Under the pieces are notes generated by a model. It worked only from the letters and a program-made list of their open reading frames with translations, did not search any database and was not told where the DNA came from. From Escherichia coli (GTDB lineage Bacteria > Pseudomonadota > Gammaproteobacteria > Enterobacterales > Enterobacteriaceae), in NCBI RefSeq assembly GCF_003334355.1, contig NZ_QOWP01000021.1: a stretch of 64,000 bases of DNA. One strand, 5' to 3'. Made by a program: the position numbers and the translations under genes. Positions 1-12,419 of this stretch are shown here, one piece after another. The stretch's first letter is position 1. The number at the start of each line of letters is the position of its first letter.

Positions 1-326
1 GCAATCTTTTTTCTGCGCACCTCACGGAGTTCGGCGTCGGATATTTTGGCAATATCCACACCATCAATCAGCACTTGCCCGCGGGTGGGTTCAATCAGGC
101 GATTGAGAAGGCGTACCATTGTGGATTTACCCGAGCCGGATAATCCCATGATGACAAATATCTCGCCTTCTTCAATGGCCAGACTGGCGTCTTTTACGCC
201 AAGCGATAGCCCAGTTTTTTCCAGAATTTGTTCTTTTGAAAGTCCTTGTTCGATATATTTGAACGCTCGCTGTGGATGCTCGCCAAATATTTTATAAAGA
301 TTTTTAATTTCTAATTTAATTGCCAT
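1..326 (-). CDS. proV: Glycine betaine/proline ABC transporter ATP-binding subunit ProV, N-terminal part (3' end lies outside window)
   Basis: Reverse-complement translation from ATG at 326 gives [19 protein letters not shown]...GLSGSGKST (Walker A); continues past window start. Position next to nrdF matches K-12 order. Confidence 0.9.
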   Translation of the reverse strand, partial: MAIKLEIKNLYKIFGEHPQRAFKYIEQGLSKEQILEKTGLSLGVKDASLAIEEGEIFVIMGLSGSGKSTMVRLLNRLIEPTRGQVLIDGVDIAKISDAELREVRRKKI

Positions 327-679
327 GCAATAGAAAGATTCCTTTATTTGTCTATGTCGATATATTACCCAATGGAAATAGTCACTTTTTTCTACCCTAA
401 CATACTGAGAATCTGAGGCAACCCCTGATGGCAAATGTGGCATGAATATTGATGCGAGCAAATCGCCGGAATTTCCCGTGATATAAGGGCTGAGAGCAAA
501 TCGAGAAAGTTGATATTTTTTGTCAAAGATAGCGAAAAAACGCCTGAATATTGTGGTTTCAGGCGAATAATGCAACAGAGTATCAGTGTAGATCACCACA
601 AATTATTTGCGTGATAAAAAGCTATTTGGCGGGAATTATTTCCCTGCTGCGGGTAGTGATATTTTTGAAAATAACACCC
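327..679. promoter_or_regulatory. proU (proV) upstream promoter/regulatory region, AT-rich
   Basis: Non-coding AT-rich stretch directly upstream of proV start on minus strand; established that proU is osmoregulated and H-NS silenced. No individual boxes mapped here. Confidence 0.4.
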
Positions 680-1648
<969 letters not shown>

Positions 1649-3793
1649 TTAAAGTGCACAGGAGACGCAGCCTTCAATTTCAGTGCCTTCCAGCGCCATC
1701 TGACGCAGGCGGATGTAATAGAGCGTTTTGATACCCTTGCGCCAGGCGTAAATCTGCGCTTTGTTGATATCGCGAGTGGTGGCGGTATCGGGGAAAAAAA
1801 GCGTCAGCGACAGCCCCTGATCGACATGGCGAGTCGCTTCCGCGTAGGTGTCGATGATCTTTTCTGCGCCAATTTCGTAAGCGTCCTGATACAGCGCCAG
1901 ATTCTCGTTAGTCATAAACGGGGCAGGGTAGTAAACGCGTCCTGTTTTGCCCTCTTTGCGTATCTCTACTTTCGCCACAATCGGATGAATACTCGACGTA
2001 GCATGGTTGATATAAGAGATAGAACCGGTTGGCGGCACCGCCTGAAGATTCTGGTTGTATATGCCGTAGCGCATCACGTCGTCGCGCAGCTGCGCCCACA
2101 TCTCACGGGTAGGTAACGTAATACCGCTACGGGTAAACAGTTCGCCAACTTTCGCCGTTTTCGGCTGCCAGTTCCCTTGCAGATATTGGCTAAAATATTC
2201 ACCACTGGCATAGCGTGACTGTTTGAACCCGGCGAAGGTTTCACCGCGTTCGCGTGCCAGCAACATCGAGGTACGCAGTGCATGCCAGGTGATGGCATAG
2301 AAATAGAGATTGGTGAAATCCAGTGCTTCCGGCGAACCATAAGCGATGCCTTCTCGCGCCAGATAGCCGTGTAAATTCATCTGCCCCAGTCCGATGGCGT
2401 GCGAGGCGGCATTTCCGGCTTCGATGGACGGCACGCTGCGGATATGACTCATATCTGATACTGCCGTTAAACCGCGCACGGCAGTCTCTACCGTGCGGGC
2501 AAAATCGGGGGAATCCATGGTGTGCGCAATATTCAACGAACCTAAATTGCAGGAAATATCATGGCCTGTGCGGGTATAGTCGAGATTCTCGTCATACTCT
2601 GAGGCGCTGTTAACCTGCAAAATTTCTGAGCAGAGATTACTCATATTTATGCGCCCGGCGATAGGGTTAGCACGGTTTACCGTGTCTTCATACATGATGT
2701 AGGGATAGCCGGACTCAAACTGGATTTCTGCCAGTCGCTGGAAGAAATCACGGGCGTTGAGGTATTTTTTGCGAATGCGTTCATCGGCAACCAGTTCGTC
2801 ATAGTGTTGGCTGATGGCCACATCGGCAAACGGCTTGCCATAAACTCGCTCTACGTCATAAGGCGAAAACAGCGCCATCTGCGCATTCTCTTTTGCCAGA
2901 TGGAAAGTGATATCCGGGATCACCACGCCAAGCGACAGTGTTTTAATGCGGATTTTTTCGTCGGCATTTTCCCGTTTCGTGTCGAGAAAACGCAGAATAT
3001 CGGGATGATGAGCATGTAAATAGACTGCACCAGCCCCCTGACGAGCGCCGAGTTGGTTGGCATAGGAAAATGCGTCTTCCAGCATTTTCATCACCGGAAT
3101 TACGCCAGAAGATTGATTTTCAATACGTTTAATTGGCGCGCCCGCTTCTCGCAGATTCGACAGCAAAAATGCTACGCCGCCGCCGCGTTTCGACAGCTGC
3201 AGTGCGGAATTTACCGCCCGACCAATCGACTCCATATTGTCTTCAATACGCAGCAAAAAACAGGAAACCAGTTCGCCGCGCTGCTGCTTACCGCAGTTGA
3301 GGAATGTTGGCGTGGCTGGCTGAAAGCGTCCTGACAGCATTTCATCGGTCAGTTGCAACGCCAGCGTCTCATCGCCTTGTGCCAGCGTCAGCGCCACCAT
3401 CGTTACTCGATCGGCAAAATCTTCCAGATAACGTTTACCGTCGAATGTCTTCAACGTATAGCTGGTGTAAAACTTCCATGCCCCGAGGAATGTCTGGAAA
3501 CGAAAACCGCTGGTGTGTGCGTGGGCAAACAGCGTAATGACAAAGTCGCGAGAGTAGCGATTAAGAACGCTTTCATCATAGTAACCTTCGTTGACCAGCC
3601 AGTTCAGGCGCTGCTGCTGGCTACTGAAGGTCACACTGTTCGGACGCACATGCGTCGCAATAAAGGCGTCAACGGCCTGGCGGTCTTTATCGAACTGAAT
3701 GCGACCTGCGCTATCGTAGAGGTTAAGCATCGCATTCAGCGCGTGGTAATCCATCGTTTCCTGCGTCAGGCATTCTGCGGTTGTCGTTGCCAA
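1649..3793 (-). CDS. nrdE: Class Ib ribonucleotide reductase alpha subunit NrdE
   Basis: 714-aa [29 protein letters not shown]...; sits between nrdI and nrdF. Confidence 0.95.
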
Positions 3794-4176
3794 AATTCGG
3801 TTACTCCTTTACGAACGTTTTCGATATCGCTTTGCGTACCCATGAGTTCAAAACGGTACAGCCACGGCACGCCGCATTTCCGGGCAATCACATCTCCGGC
3901 GCGGCCATACGCCTCACCAAAGTTGCGATTACCAGAAGCAATAACGCCGCGAAGCAACGCCCGGTTGTGCTCGTCGTTTAAAAAGCGAATTACCTGTCGT
4001 GGCACCGCGCCAGCCGTACCGCCGCCGCCGTAAGAGGGCACGATCAGGATGTAAGGCTCGTCTACCTGAATCCGTTCCCGCTCATTGAGCGGGATGCGCA
4101 CCGCGGGCAGACCTAAACGTTCGATAAAACGCTGCGTGTTTTCGGAGCTGCTGGAGAAGTAGACGAGCTGGCTCAT
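3766..4176 (-). CDS. nrdI: Flavodoxin-like protein NrdI
   Basis: 136-aa [20 protein letters not shown]...; overlaps nrdE start by 28 nt and nrdH stop by 4 nt. Confidence 0.95.
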
Positions 4177-4418
4177 GCACTGGCCGCGTGTGGCGCTGGA
4201 TGCAGACGGTTAATCATGTCCGGACGGAAACCAGACCAGCTAAGATCGCCAGCAATCACTACCGGCAACTGACGAAAGCCCTGAGCACGCAACGCTTCTG
4301 CCGCTTCAGGAACGCGATCGACATTAATCATTTCAAAATCAAAGCCCCGGTTTTCCATCGCCCGTTTGGTGGCGTGGCACTGAACGCAATCGTTACGAGT
4401 GTAAATAGTAATGCGCAT
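4173..4418 (-). CDS. nrdH: Glutaredoxin-like protein NrdH
   Basis: 81-aa [29 protein letters not shown]... with CVQC redox motif; first gene of the nrdHIEF operon. Confidence 0.95.
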
Positions 4419-4665
4419 GATTCGTATTTCCGTTTAAAATGAAGATACGGCGCGATGATACGCGTCGGGTTGTCTCTCTGTTGATACAGAGATACTAGAT
4501 GTAGTTGAAAAAAGATTCAACCACACAATATATAGCAAATAGTGGTCGAAATTACCCTGGATATGAGCGTGACGGGGTAGGGGGATTTTTGTGATTCACC
4601 AGGCAAAAAGAAACCCCGAAGACAGGCTTCGGGGTCAAAGACGCGTATTTATTATCATTTTTGCA

Positions 4666-4995
4666 CTACGATTTGCGCATGCTTAACAGTGCGCCGATAA
4701 AAATACCTACCGCAGCTGCTGTACCCACGCTACACCAGGGTCTTTCACGAACAAAAGAATCCGCGCAGCCAACGGCATCGCGCGCGGCTTGCTGGACGCG
4801 AGTACGACCATGCATTCGCGCCCTGGTTTCTTTCAGCAATGCCTGAGCTTTACTGCGTGCGGCTTCAGCTTCCCCTTTGGCGTCGCTGCCCCAGGACTTC
4901 AATACAGATTCGAGGCTGTCAGCTAATTGATTGACATCATTCTGGATATCCTGCACGCCATCATCAACGTCGTTGCGGTTCGGTCGGTTAAACAT
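4666..4995 (-). CDS. ygaM: ElaB/YqjD-family membrane-anchored protein YgaM
   Basis: ORF track gives 113 aa; start set at internal MFNRPNRNDVDD (109 aa) from recollection of YgaM; C-terminal hydrophobic anchor AAAVGIFIGALL. Confidence 0.8.
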   Translation of the reverse strand: MFNRPNRNDVDDGVQDIQNDVNQLADSLESVLKSWGSDAKGEAEAARSKAQALLKETRARMHGRTRVQQAARDAVGCADSFVRERPWCSVGTAAAVGIFIGALLSMRKS

Positions 4996-5146
4996 ATGAT
5001 CCCCCATTAGAATTCGATGTAATTTTCAGTGTAGACCATAATTTTCTTAACTGAGGTTCATCGCGGCTTTATGGACTTTTCTGAAAGCGTTGTGAATGCG
5101 CAATCAGGTAAGGTAGGCCCGCGGTTGATAATAACGAGGATCAAAT

Positions 5147-5491
5147 ATGTATTTACGACCAGACGAGGTGGCGCGCGTACTTGAAAAAGTCGGTTTTACT
5201 GTCGATGTGGTAACCCAGAAAGCGTATGGTTACCGCCGTGGGGAAAATTATGTCTATGTTAATCGCGAAGCGCGAATGGGACGTACCGCTCTGGTAATTC
5301 ATCCAACATTAAAAGAACGCAGTTCGACACTGGCTGAACCCGCTTCCGATATTAAAACTTGCGATCATTACCAGCAATTTCCGCTCTATTTAGCAGGCGA
5401 GCGACACGAGCATTACGGTATCCCGCATGGCTTTAGTTCGCGTGTTGCGCTTGAACGTTATTTGAATGGTTTATTTGGCGAAGCCAGTTAA
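5147..5491 (+). CDS. ygaC: Uncharacterized protein YgaC
   Basis: 114-aa [20 protein letters not shown]...; divergent from ygaM as in K-12. Confidence 0.85.
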
Positions 5492-5527
5492 AGACGCGAC
5501 TGGCGATGCCAGTCGCGAAAAGAAGAG

Positions 5528-5977
5528 TCAGGCTTTTACCTGCTGGTAACGGCTGACTTTAAACAGTCGGCGGCAATAATCGAGGAAGTAGCCATAAACC
5601 GCCCCCATCAACATCGAAACAACGATGTTTGAACTGACCGCCGCCATAATCTGATGCCAGTCTGCGCCCACCACTAACAAGATCGCCACATACACCGGTG
5701 ACTGGAACGTCACATAAGCCAGGATATCCGCCAGATTTTTTATCCAGCCCGACGGGCTAACTTTGCGTGCCGCGCGCATAAACAGATCACGGTACATACC
5801 GTATGGCCATGCAATTAAGATGTTCACCGGAATCGCTACCAATCTGGAATAAAAAGACTGTTCGAAGCTCATTCCGGAGAGGAAAACTTCAATACACATG
5901 TTCACGACAGAACAGTAAACAACCATCGCGAACGTATCTGCAACTGCATGACGCAAGCGTGACTGCGGTGAGAACAT
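5528..5977 (-). CDS. alaE: L-alanine exporter AlaE (YgaW)
   Basis: 149-aa hydrophobic [30 protein letters not shown]...; synteny. Confidence 0.85.
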   Translation of the reverse strand: MFSPQSRLRHAVADTFAMVVYCSVVNMCIEVFLSGMSFEQSFYSRLVAIPVNILIAWPYGMYRDLFMRAARKVSPSGWIKNLADILAYVTFQSPVYVAILLVVGADWHQIMAAVSSNIVVSMLMGAVYGYFLDYCRRLFKVSRYQQVKA

Positions 5978-6645
5978 GCTAATGCTCCTTAATAAAAGCG
6001 TAATGGGATGTTAATGGAGATGAAAGCAGTGGATCTCATTGCCATCTGCATTTTCGCATAGAGTATATCGCTGGCTATGACTAATCAATTAGTGAAAAAT
6101 TTTTATTTAGTCAGTTTTTGTAGATAAAATATTCCGTAACGGCTCGTTTTTTGTACATTGTGGATTTTTACATGCCGATATGATTTATTTTTAATTAAAT
6201 CAATTAGATATGGCCTTACCTTTAATATCACTAATGAAAGTTTGGGGGTGAGGTAACGCTATAAGCGTAGAGAATTCGGTGTATGTAGTAGCTGGGTCAT
6301 TTTCAGCATTTTTTATGCCAGACAATGTACATTAACAGCAGAAAGCACCAGTGATGGATGTTTTCTTTTATTCTGTTATATTGCATTTTTATTCACTTTG
6401 ATTTTGTCAGGCTTGCGGAATTAGCGAGCAGAGAGCGCCGCTCTGTTCACCAATAATCTAAATTACTCATCAAAATGGCTAATATATAATCTTGAAATTA
6501 TTCTGAGAGTTTCAGAAAATAACAGCTGAAATAATCTCGCGCAGGACTGTAAATAGATTAAATTTTGTGGAAATATAATAAGTGATCGCTTACACTACGC
6601 GACGAAATACTTTTTTTGTTTTGGCGTTAAAAGGTTTTCTTTATT

Positions 6646-7050
6646 ATGTCCGTAATGTTACAAAGTTTAAATAACATTCGCACCCTCCGTGCGATGGCTC
6701 GCGAATTCTCCATTGACGTTCTTGAAGAAATGCTCGAAAAATTCAGGGTTGTCACTAAAGAAAGACGTGAAGAAGAAGAACAGCAGCAGCGTGAACTGGC
6801 AGAGCGCCAGGAAAAAATTAGCACCTGGCTGGAGCTGATGAAAGCTGACGGAATTAACCCGGAAGAGTTATTGGGTAATAGCTCTGCTGCTGCACCACGC
6901 GCTGGTAAAAAACGCCAGCCGCGTCCGGCGAAATATAAATTCACCGATGTTAACGGTGAAACTAAAACCTGGACCGGTCAGGGCCGTACACCGAAGCCAA
7001 TTGCTCAGGCGCTGGCAGAAGGTAAATCTCTCGACGATTTCCTGATCTAA
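6646..7050 (+). CDS. stpA: H-NS paralogue StpA, nucleoid-associated protein
   Basis: 134-aa [35 protein letters not shown]...TWTGQGRTP; preceded by a long AT-rich upstream region. Confidence 0.95.
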   Translation: MSVMLQSLNNIRTLRAMAREFSIDVLEEMLEKFRVVTKERREEEEQQQRELAERQEKISTWLELMKADGINPEELLGNSSAAAPRAGKKRQPRPAKYKFTDVNGETKTWTGQGRTPKPIAQALAEGKSLDDFLI

Positions 7051-7058
7051 TTACTGAG

Positions 7059-7093
7059 GCCGGATGTCGCTGCTAGGGCGCGTCCGGCGTCGC
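7059..7093. repeat. REP-like GC-rich palindrome downstream of stpA (possible terminator/REP element)
   Basis: gccggatgtcgctgctagggcgcgtccggcgtcgc: gccgga...tccggc inverted arms, similar to the REP consensus start GCCGGATG. Confidence 0.3.
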
Positions 7094-7096
7094 TTC

Positions 7097-7621
7097 TCAA
7101 GCTCGTTGGTTCCACGGCATCTTATCTAACAACCTTGCCATTCCACAAAAACCGCTGATTCCTGCAAACAGTAACCCGGCACCAACAAAGCCACTTAATA
7201 AGAAGAAACCGCTATTTACGGTATAACCCAGTACAACGCCGATTAATATTAAACCACCCGCAGCGATCTGCACCTGGCGCATTAACGGCAAGGGTTGAGA
7301 TTTATTTACCGCTACTGGCAATCCTGCTTTTTTCCAGCCATCAATCCCATCTTCGAGTAAAAAGATTTCTGCGGGGGCGGCAATCGCTGCTAATTTATCG
7401 GCATTATTACTGGTGCGTTTACCTGCCTGGCAGTGGAATATAATTTGCTCGTGACGTAATTTAGCCGGAAGAACTGACTGTTCCAGCACGGATAATGGAG
7501 CCAGATCTGCTTCAGGAATATGTTCACGAAGATATTCATCAGCATCACGAATATCGATTAACTTTGCGCCGCGTGCGATTAATTCTTGTGCATCATGCGG
7601 CGAAATGGTTGTCAAAGCCAT
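7097..7621 (-). CDS. ygaP: Rhodanese-domain inner-membrane sulfurtransferase YgaP
   Basis: 174-aa [33 protein letters not shown]...FHCQAGKRT (rhodanese active-site Cys loop), C-terminal TM segments. Confidence 0.9.
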   Translation of the reverse strand: MALTTISPHDAQELIARGAKLIDIRDADEYLREHIPEADLAPLSVLEQSVLPAKLRHEQIIFHCQAGKRTSNNADKLAAIAAPAEIFLLEDGIDGWKKAGLPVAVNKSQPLPLMRQVQIAAGGLILIGVVLGYTVNSGFFLLSGFVGAGLLFAGISGFCGMARLLDKMPWNQRA

Positions 7622-7630
7622 AGTGACTCC

Positions 7631-7930
7631 TTACGGACAATAGACATTTTTCAGGGTGGCGATAATGGCATTTACCGCCTCATTTTTAATGGAATATAGA
7701 ATGCGTTGGGCATCCCGTTGGCTGTCGATAAGCCCTTCGTCCCGCATACGAGCGAGATGCTGTGATGTCGCAGAGGCACTCAGTCCGGTAATGCGCGTCA
7801 GCTCTCCCGCGCTGGTGCCGGGGGAACCGCTAAGCATGCACAGAATCAGCAATCGTTTAGGGTGGCTCATTGCTTTCAATAAGGCCGCTGCCTGTTCGGC
7901 ACTGGCCTGTAATTGCGCGAGTTCAGTCAT
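7631..7930 (-). CDS. ygaV: ArsR/SmtB-family transcriptional regulator YgaV
   Basis: 99-aa ORF with HTH region ...SAGELTRITGLSASATSQHLARMRDEGLI...; in operon with ygaP. Confidence 0.9.
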   Translation of the reverse strand: MTELAQLQASAEQAAALLKAMSHPKRLLILCMLSGSPGTSAGELTRITGLSASATSQHLARMRDEGLIDSQRDAQRILYSIKNEAVNAIIATLKNVYCP

Positions 7931-8112
7931 ATTTATTTAAGTATTTTCTAAATTAAGTAAACTCTAAACTAAAAATGCAACATATACCAGCCTCAGCAGC
8001 GTAAATGAGAGTAAAAGCGTAAGCTGAAACTGGCAGGCTCCGCTAAAATTACTACGCTTAAGAGATAAAATCTCTTTTTAAACAATGAGTAATTTTCTTA
8101 TAGGGAGTACAT

Positions 8113-8271
8113 ATGGGTTTCTGGAGAATCGTCATCACCATCATTCTGCCGCCGCTCGGCGTGCTGCTCGGTAAAGGGTTCGGTTGGGCGTTCATTATTA
8201 ATATTCTGTTGACACTGCTTGGGTATATCCCCGGTTTGATTCACGCGTTCTGGGTGCAAACCCGCGATTAA
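8113..8271 (+). CDS. yqaE: Pmp3/UPF0057-family small membrane protein YqaE
   Basis: 52-codon ORF MGFWRIVITIILPPLGVLLGKGFGWAFIINILLTLLGYIPGLIHAFWVQTRD read directly from sequence; absent from the ORF track because it is under the length cutoff. Confidence 0.85.
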   Translation: MGFWRIVITIILPPLGVLLGKGFGWAFIINILLTLLGYIPGLIHAFWVQTRD

Positions 8272-8354
8272 ACCTGTGCTCATCCCCGCGGCGTTAACGC
8301 GCCGCGTTCCTCTGCTACACTTTCTGAGTGTTTCCGTTAACGAATGAGGTAGCT

Positions 8355-8804
8355 ATGGGTCTGTTCAATTTTGTGAAAGATGCCGGAGAAAAACTCTGGG
8401 ACGCGGTTACAGGTCAGCACGATAAAGACGATCAGGCGAAGAAGGTGCAGGAGCATCTGAACAAAACCGGTATACCGGATGCCGATAAAGTGAATATTCA
8501 AATTGCCGACGGCAAAGCGACGGTCACTGGTGACGGCCTGAGTCAGGAGGCGAAGGAGAAAATCCTTGTTGCGGTGGGGAATATTTCCGGTATTGCCAGT
8601 GTCGATGATCAGGTGAAAACGGCGACACCAGCCACTGCCAGCCAGTTTTATACCGTTAAGTCTGGCGACACTCTGAGTGCCATTTCCAAACAGGTCTACG
8701 GTAACGCTAATCTGTACAATAAAATCTTCGAAGCGAATAAACCGATGCTAAAAAGCCCGGATAAAATTTATCCGGGGCAAGTGTTGCGTATTCCGGAAGA
8801 GTAG
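8355..8804 (+). CDS. kbp: Potassium-binding protein Kbp (YgaU), BON-LysM protein
   Basis: ORF track starts at 8328; start set at internal [18 protein letters not shown] (149 aa); C-terminal LysM-like [18 protein letters not shown]. Confidence 0.85.
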
Positions 8805-9467
8805 TTAATTGCCAGCCATCGCCTGCTGGATAATGGGAATTGGCGTCAGTAAATGCTGGCGCATTAACTCACTGGCGCGCGCGGTATCTCGCGCCAGTAC
8901 CGCCGCAGTCAGGGTCTGGTGCTGATCGTGTTTATCCTCCAGCATTTCCACCGAAAGCACCGTTCGCCGCAGCCAGATAAATCGATAACGCGCCGCCAGA
9001 TCAAACAACCGTTCACGCATTTGCAGCAAATAGTGAGAACCACAGCCCGCCACAATTGCCGTATGAAACGCCTGATGACGCAGATCCCACTCATCAAGCA
9101 TTTTCTCGCTGGCGTCACAGGCCTCAAGCTTACTCAGCAGATGCGCTTTTGCGAGAACGTCTGCCTCCCACTCATCGCCACCGCGGGCAATCGCCAGACT
9201 CACTAACATCGCTTCCATATTGGCGCGGGCGTCGAAAATATCGAGCAGCTCCTGCTCTGACATAGACGCCACCCGATACCCTTTTTGATTCACCACCGTG
9301 ACCAGCCGTTCCGCCACCAGTTGCGAAAGAGCTTCCCGTAACGGCCCAACGCCAAGTGCATAACGCGATGTCAGCAAACTCATTCGTAATTTTTCATCCG
9401 GTTGAAAATTACCGCGAATAATATCGTTCTTCAGCCAGCGATAGCCATCCAGAGACGTAATGGTCAT
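8805..9467 (-). CDS. csiR: GntR-family repressor CsiR (GabC)
   Basis: ORF track 226 aa; start set at MTITSLDGYRWLKNDIIRGNF (220 aa); lies downstream of gabP. Confidence 0.85.
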   Translation of the reverse strand: MTITSLDGYRWLKNDIIRGNFQPDEKLRMSLLTSRYALGVGPLREALSQLVAERLVTVVNQKGYRVASMSEQELLDIFDARANMEAMLVSLAIARGGDEWEADVLAKAHLLSKLEACDASEKMLDEWDLRHQAFHTAIVAGCGSHYLLQMRERLFDLAARYRFIWLRRTVLSVEMLEDKHDQHQTLTAAVLARDTARASELMRQHLLTPIPIIQQAMAGN

Positions 9468-9487
9468 GGTGTGACTCCTGATCATGA

Positions 9488-10888
9488 TCAGCGCGTATTA
9501 TGAACGGGTGTTTTTTGCCACAATACCAGCTTTTTCCAGCGAGCCATAATTGGCACGGTACAGATAATCCCTATCGCTAATAAGCCGGTGGAGATCACTT
9601 CTAACTGTTGCGCCGGACGGAATAGCATCACTACCAACACAAAGGTAATAAAGCCGATGACTAGCCAGGTGAGCCACGGATAAAGCCACATTCGCAAGCG
9701 AATTTCGCTTCCTTCTGCTCGCAGAATTTTGCGCATCCGCAACTGTGAAACGGCGATGACTAAATAAACCAGCAGGGCGATAGCGCCGGAGCTGTCGATC
9801 AGAAATTTAAATACCTTCGCAGGCGCGTAATAGTTCACCACCACCGTTAAGAATGCCGCGCCGGTGGAGAGTAACACCGCCACGTACGGGGTTTTACTGC
9901 GGTTGATTTTACCCATTACCGCGGGAGCATCACCGCGACGACTTAAGGAGTAGAGCATCCTTGACGCGGTATACAGCGCCGAGTTCAGGCAACTGGTTAC
10001 GGAAAGTAATATCACGCAGTCCATGATTAATTTCGCATGGGGAATATTGAGCAATTCCAGTACCGAGCGATAAGAACCGACGGCTTTTAGTCCGGGCATA
10101 TTCCACGGAATTAATGCCACGACGACAAAAATAGAACATAAATAGAAGATAGAAATACGCCAGATAACCGAGTTGGTGGCGCGGACAATATGTTTTTCCG
10201 GCGTGTCGGATTCCGCGGCGGCAATGGTGACAATTTCTGCGCCCATAAACGAGAACATGGTGATCAACATCGCGCTTAATACCGCACCGAAACCGTTGGG
10301 CATAAAGCCGCCGCTATCCCACAATCTTGAGATCCCGCTCACTTCGGCATACGGGTAAAAACCGCTAATTGCGACTGCACCAAGGAAAATAAAGGCCAGG
10401 ATAGCGATGACTTTGCACAGCGCCAGCCAGAACTCAAATTCGCCGTAGTTTTTAACGCTTAATAAGTTACTGCCAGTTAAGGCGAGGGTAATGACGAGGG
10501 AAAATAACCAGATGGGAATGCCTGGAACCCATGAGTGCAGGATCATGGCGGCGATGTTGGCTTCCAGCGGGATAACCAGTACCCAAAACCACCAGTACAA
10601 CCAGCCGATGGTATAGCCCGCCCAGCGACCAATGGCTTTATCGGCATAGGTGGAAAACGAACCGGTATCGGGCGTGGCAACCGCCATTTCCGCCAACATC
10701 CGCATAATCATAACCACCAGTAGCCCGGCGAACAGATAGGCCAGTAATACCGCCGGGCCCGCTTCGGCGATGGCGACGCTGGAACCGACAAACAGACTTG
10801 CGCCGATAACACCGGCAATAGACAACATGGTGACGTGGCGTGACTTCAGCCCGCCGCCTAACTCATGTGGTTGCGATGATTGCCCCAT
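9488..10888 (-). CDS. gabP: GABA permease GabP (APC-family transporter)
   Basis: ORF track 487 aa; start set at MGQSSQPHELGGGLKSRHVTMLSIAGVIG (466 aa); polytopic membrane protein. Confidence 0.9.
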   Translation of the reverse strand: MGQSSQPHELGGGLKSRHVTMLSIAGVIGASLFVGSSVAIAEAGPAVLLAYLFAGLLVVMIMRMLAEMAVATPDTGSFSTYADKAIGRWAGYTIGWLYWWFWVLVIPLEANIAAMILHSWVPGIPIWLFSLVITLALTGSNLLSVKNYGEFEFWLALCKVIAILAFIFLGAVAISGFYPYAEVSGISRLWDSGGFMPNGFGAVLSAMLITMFSFMGAEIVTIAAAESDTPEKHIVRATNSVIWRISIFYLCSIFVVVALIPWNMPGLKAVGSYRSVLELLNIPHAKLIMDCVILLSVTSCLNSALYTASRMLYSLSRRGDAPAVMGKINRSKTPYVAVLLSTGAAFLTVVVNYYAPAKVFKFLIDSSGAIALLVYLVIAVSQLRMRKILRAEGSEIRLRMWLYPWLTWLVIGFITFVLVVMLFRPAQQLEVISTGLLAIGIICTVPIMARWKKLVLWQKTPVHNTR

Positions 10889-11035
10889 CCTGAATCCTCT
10901 CGAAAGTGTGTCACTTGGGAGAGCGCCCCGACATTTCCCGCGCCGGGTCACGCGTATAATTGTTATTGATTCTTTTTGCCGGAGAGCGGCTCCGCCTTAC
11001 CCGGCCAACATAGATTTCTTCCTGTTCACGTACAG

Positions 11036-11116
11036 ATTGTCGGATGCGGCGTAAACGCCTTATCCGACCTGGATCCCCGTAGGCCGGACAAGACGCGCAG
11101 CGTCGCCTCCGGCATA
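11036..11116. repeat. REP/BIME element (two inverted REP units) between gabT and gabP
   Basis: tgtcggatgcggcgtaaacgccttatccgacc followed by gtaggccggacaagacgcgcagcgtcgcctccggca; classic GCCGGATG/CGGATAAGGCG REP motifs. Confidence 0.6.
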
Positions 11117-11125
11117 GGAGCGGCG

Positions 11126-12406
11126 CTACTGCTTCGCCTCATCAAAACACTGGCTGATGATCTCCAGACCCTGACGGATCTGAGCGTCTTCAATGGTGAG
11201 CGGTACAAGGATGCGCAGCACGTTGTAATACGGGCCGCAGGAGAGAAGAATCAGGCCTTTATCGCGGGCGCGAGCCACGATCTCGGCGGTGAGTTTGGCG
11301 TCCGGCTTGTTGTGATCGCCGTCTTCAAACAGCTCAATGGCGATCATCGCCCCCAGCCCGCGTACGTCGCCGATCTCCGGGTGTTTTTCGGCTATCGCCA
11401 GCAATCCGTCTTTCAACTTCTGCCCCAGATCGTTGGCTTTTTGCAGCAGATTTTCCTGCTCAAACACCTTCAACACTTCCAGCGCAGCCACGCAGGCAAT
11501 CGGGTTACCCGCATAGGTGCCGCCCAGACCGCCTGGAGCGACGGCATCCATTACTTCCGCGCGCCCGGTGACGCCCGCCAGCGGGAAGCCGCCCGCGATC
11601 GATTTCGCAAAGGTGGTAAGATCCGGCGCAACGCCCATCTGCTCCATCGCAAACAGCGTGCCGGTACGCCCCGCGCCGCTCTGCACTTCATCGGCAATCA
11701 GCATGATCCCGTGCTCGTCACACAGAGCGCGTAAACGCTGCATAAAGGCTGGCGACGAGGCGTAGAAACCGCCTTCGCCCTGAACCGGCTCAATCACGAT
11801 GGCGGCGATATCTTCCGGCGCGGCATCATTTTTGAAGATCCGGTGGATGCTGGCGATAGCGTCATCCTCGCTTATGCCGTGCAGCGGGCAAGGATAAAGC
11901 GCGCGATAAACATGACCCGGCATCAGCCCCATGCCCGCAGAGTACGGATTCACCTTGCCGGTCAGCGCCAGCGTGTAATGCGTGCGCCCGTGATACGCGC
12001 CGCTAAAAGCGATGGTGCCGCTACGTTTGGTGGCGGCGCGGGCGATTTTTACCGCGTTTTCCACCGCTTCGGAACCGGTCGTAACCAGCAGCGTTTTCTT
12101 GGCGAAATCGCCCGGCACCTTCTGATTCATAATCTCGCACAGCTCCAGATACGGCTCGTAAGCCAGCACCTGGAAGCAGGTGTGCGACAGTTTTTTCAAC
12201 TGCGCTTCCACCGCGGCCACCACCTTCGGATGCAGGTGCCCGGTATTGAGCACCGCAATCCCGCCCGCGAAATCAAGATACTCACGGCCTTCAACGTCCC
12301 ACACCCGGCAGTTTTCCGCGCGGTCAGCGAAAATCGGGTGAATTTGCCCAACGCCACGGGGAATCGCCTGACTGCGGCGCTGCATTAACTCTTTATTGCT
12401 GTTCAT
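11126..12406 (-). CDS. gabT: 4-aminobutyrate aminotransferase GabT (PLP-dependent)
   Basis: ORF track 428 aa; start at MNSNKELMQRRSQAIPRGVG (426 aa). Confidence 0.95.
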   Translation of the reverse strand: MNSNKELMQRRSQAIPRGVGQIHPIFADRAENCRVWDVEGREYLDFAGGIAVLNTGHLHPKVVAAVEAQLKKLSHTCFQVLAYEPYLELCEIMNQKVPGDFAKKTLLVTTGSEAVENAVKIARAATKRSGTIAFSGAYHGRTHYTLALTGKVNPYSAGMGLMPGHVYRALYPCPLHGISEDDAIASIHRIFKNDAAPEDIAAIVIEPVQGEGGFYASSPAFMQRLRALCDEHGIMLIADEVQSGAGRTGTLFAMEQMGVAPDLTTFAKSIAGGFPLAGVTGRAEVMDAVAPGGLGGTYAGNPIACVAALEVLKVFEQENLLQKANDLGQKLKDGLLAIAEKHPEIGDVRGLGAMIAIELFEDGDHNKPDAKLTAEIVARARDKGLILLSCGPYYNVLRILVPLTIEDAQIRQGLEIISQCFDEAKQ

Positions 12407-12419
12407 TCGCATTCTCCAG

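Noticed and set aside
8098-8283. 61-aa minus-strand ORF
   Set aside because: Antisense to the 52-codon plus-strand yqaE ORF, which gives a recognisable Pmp3-type membrane protein.
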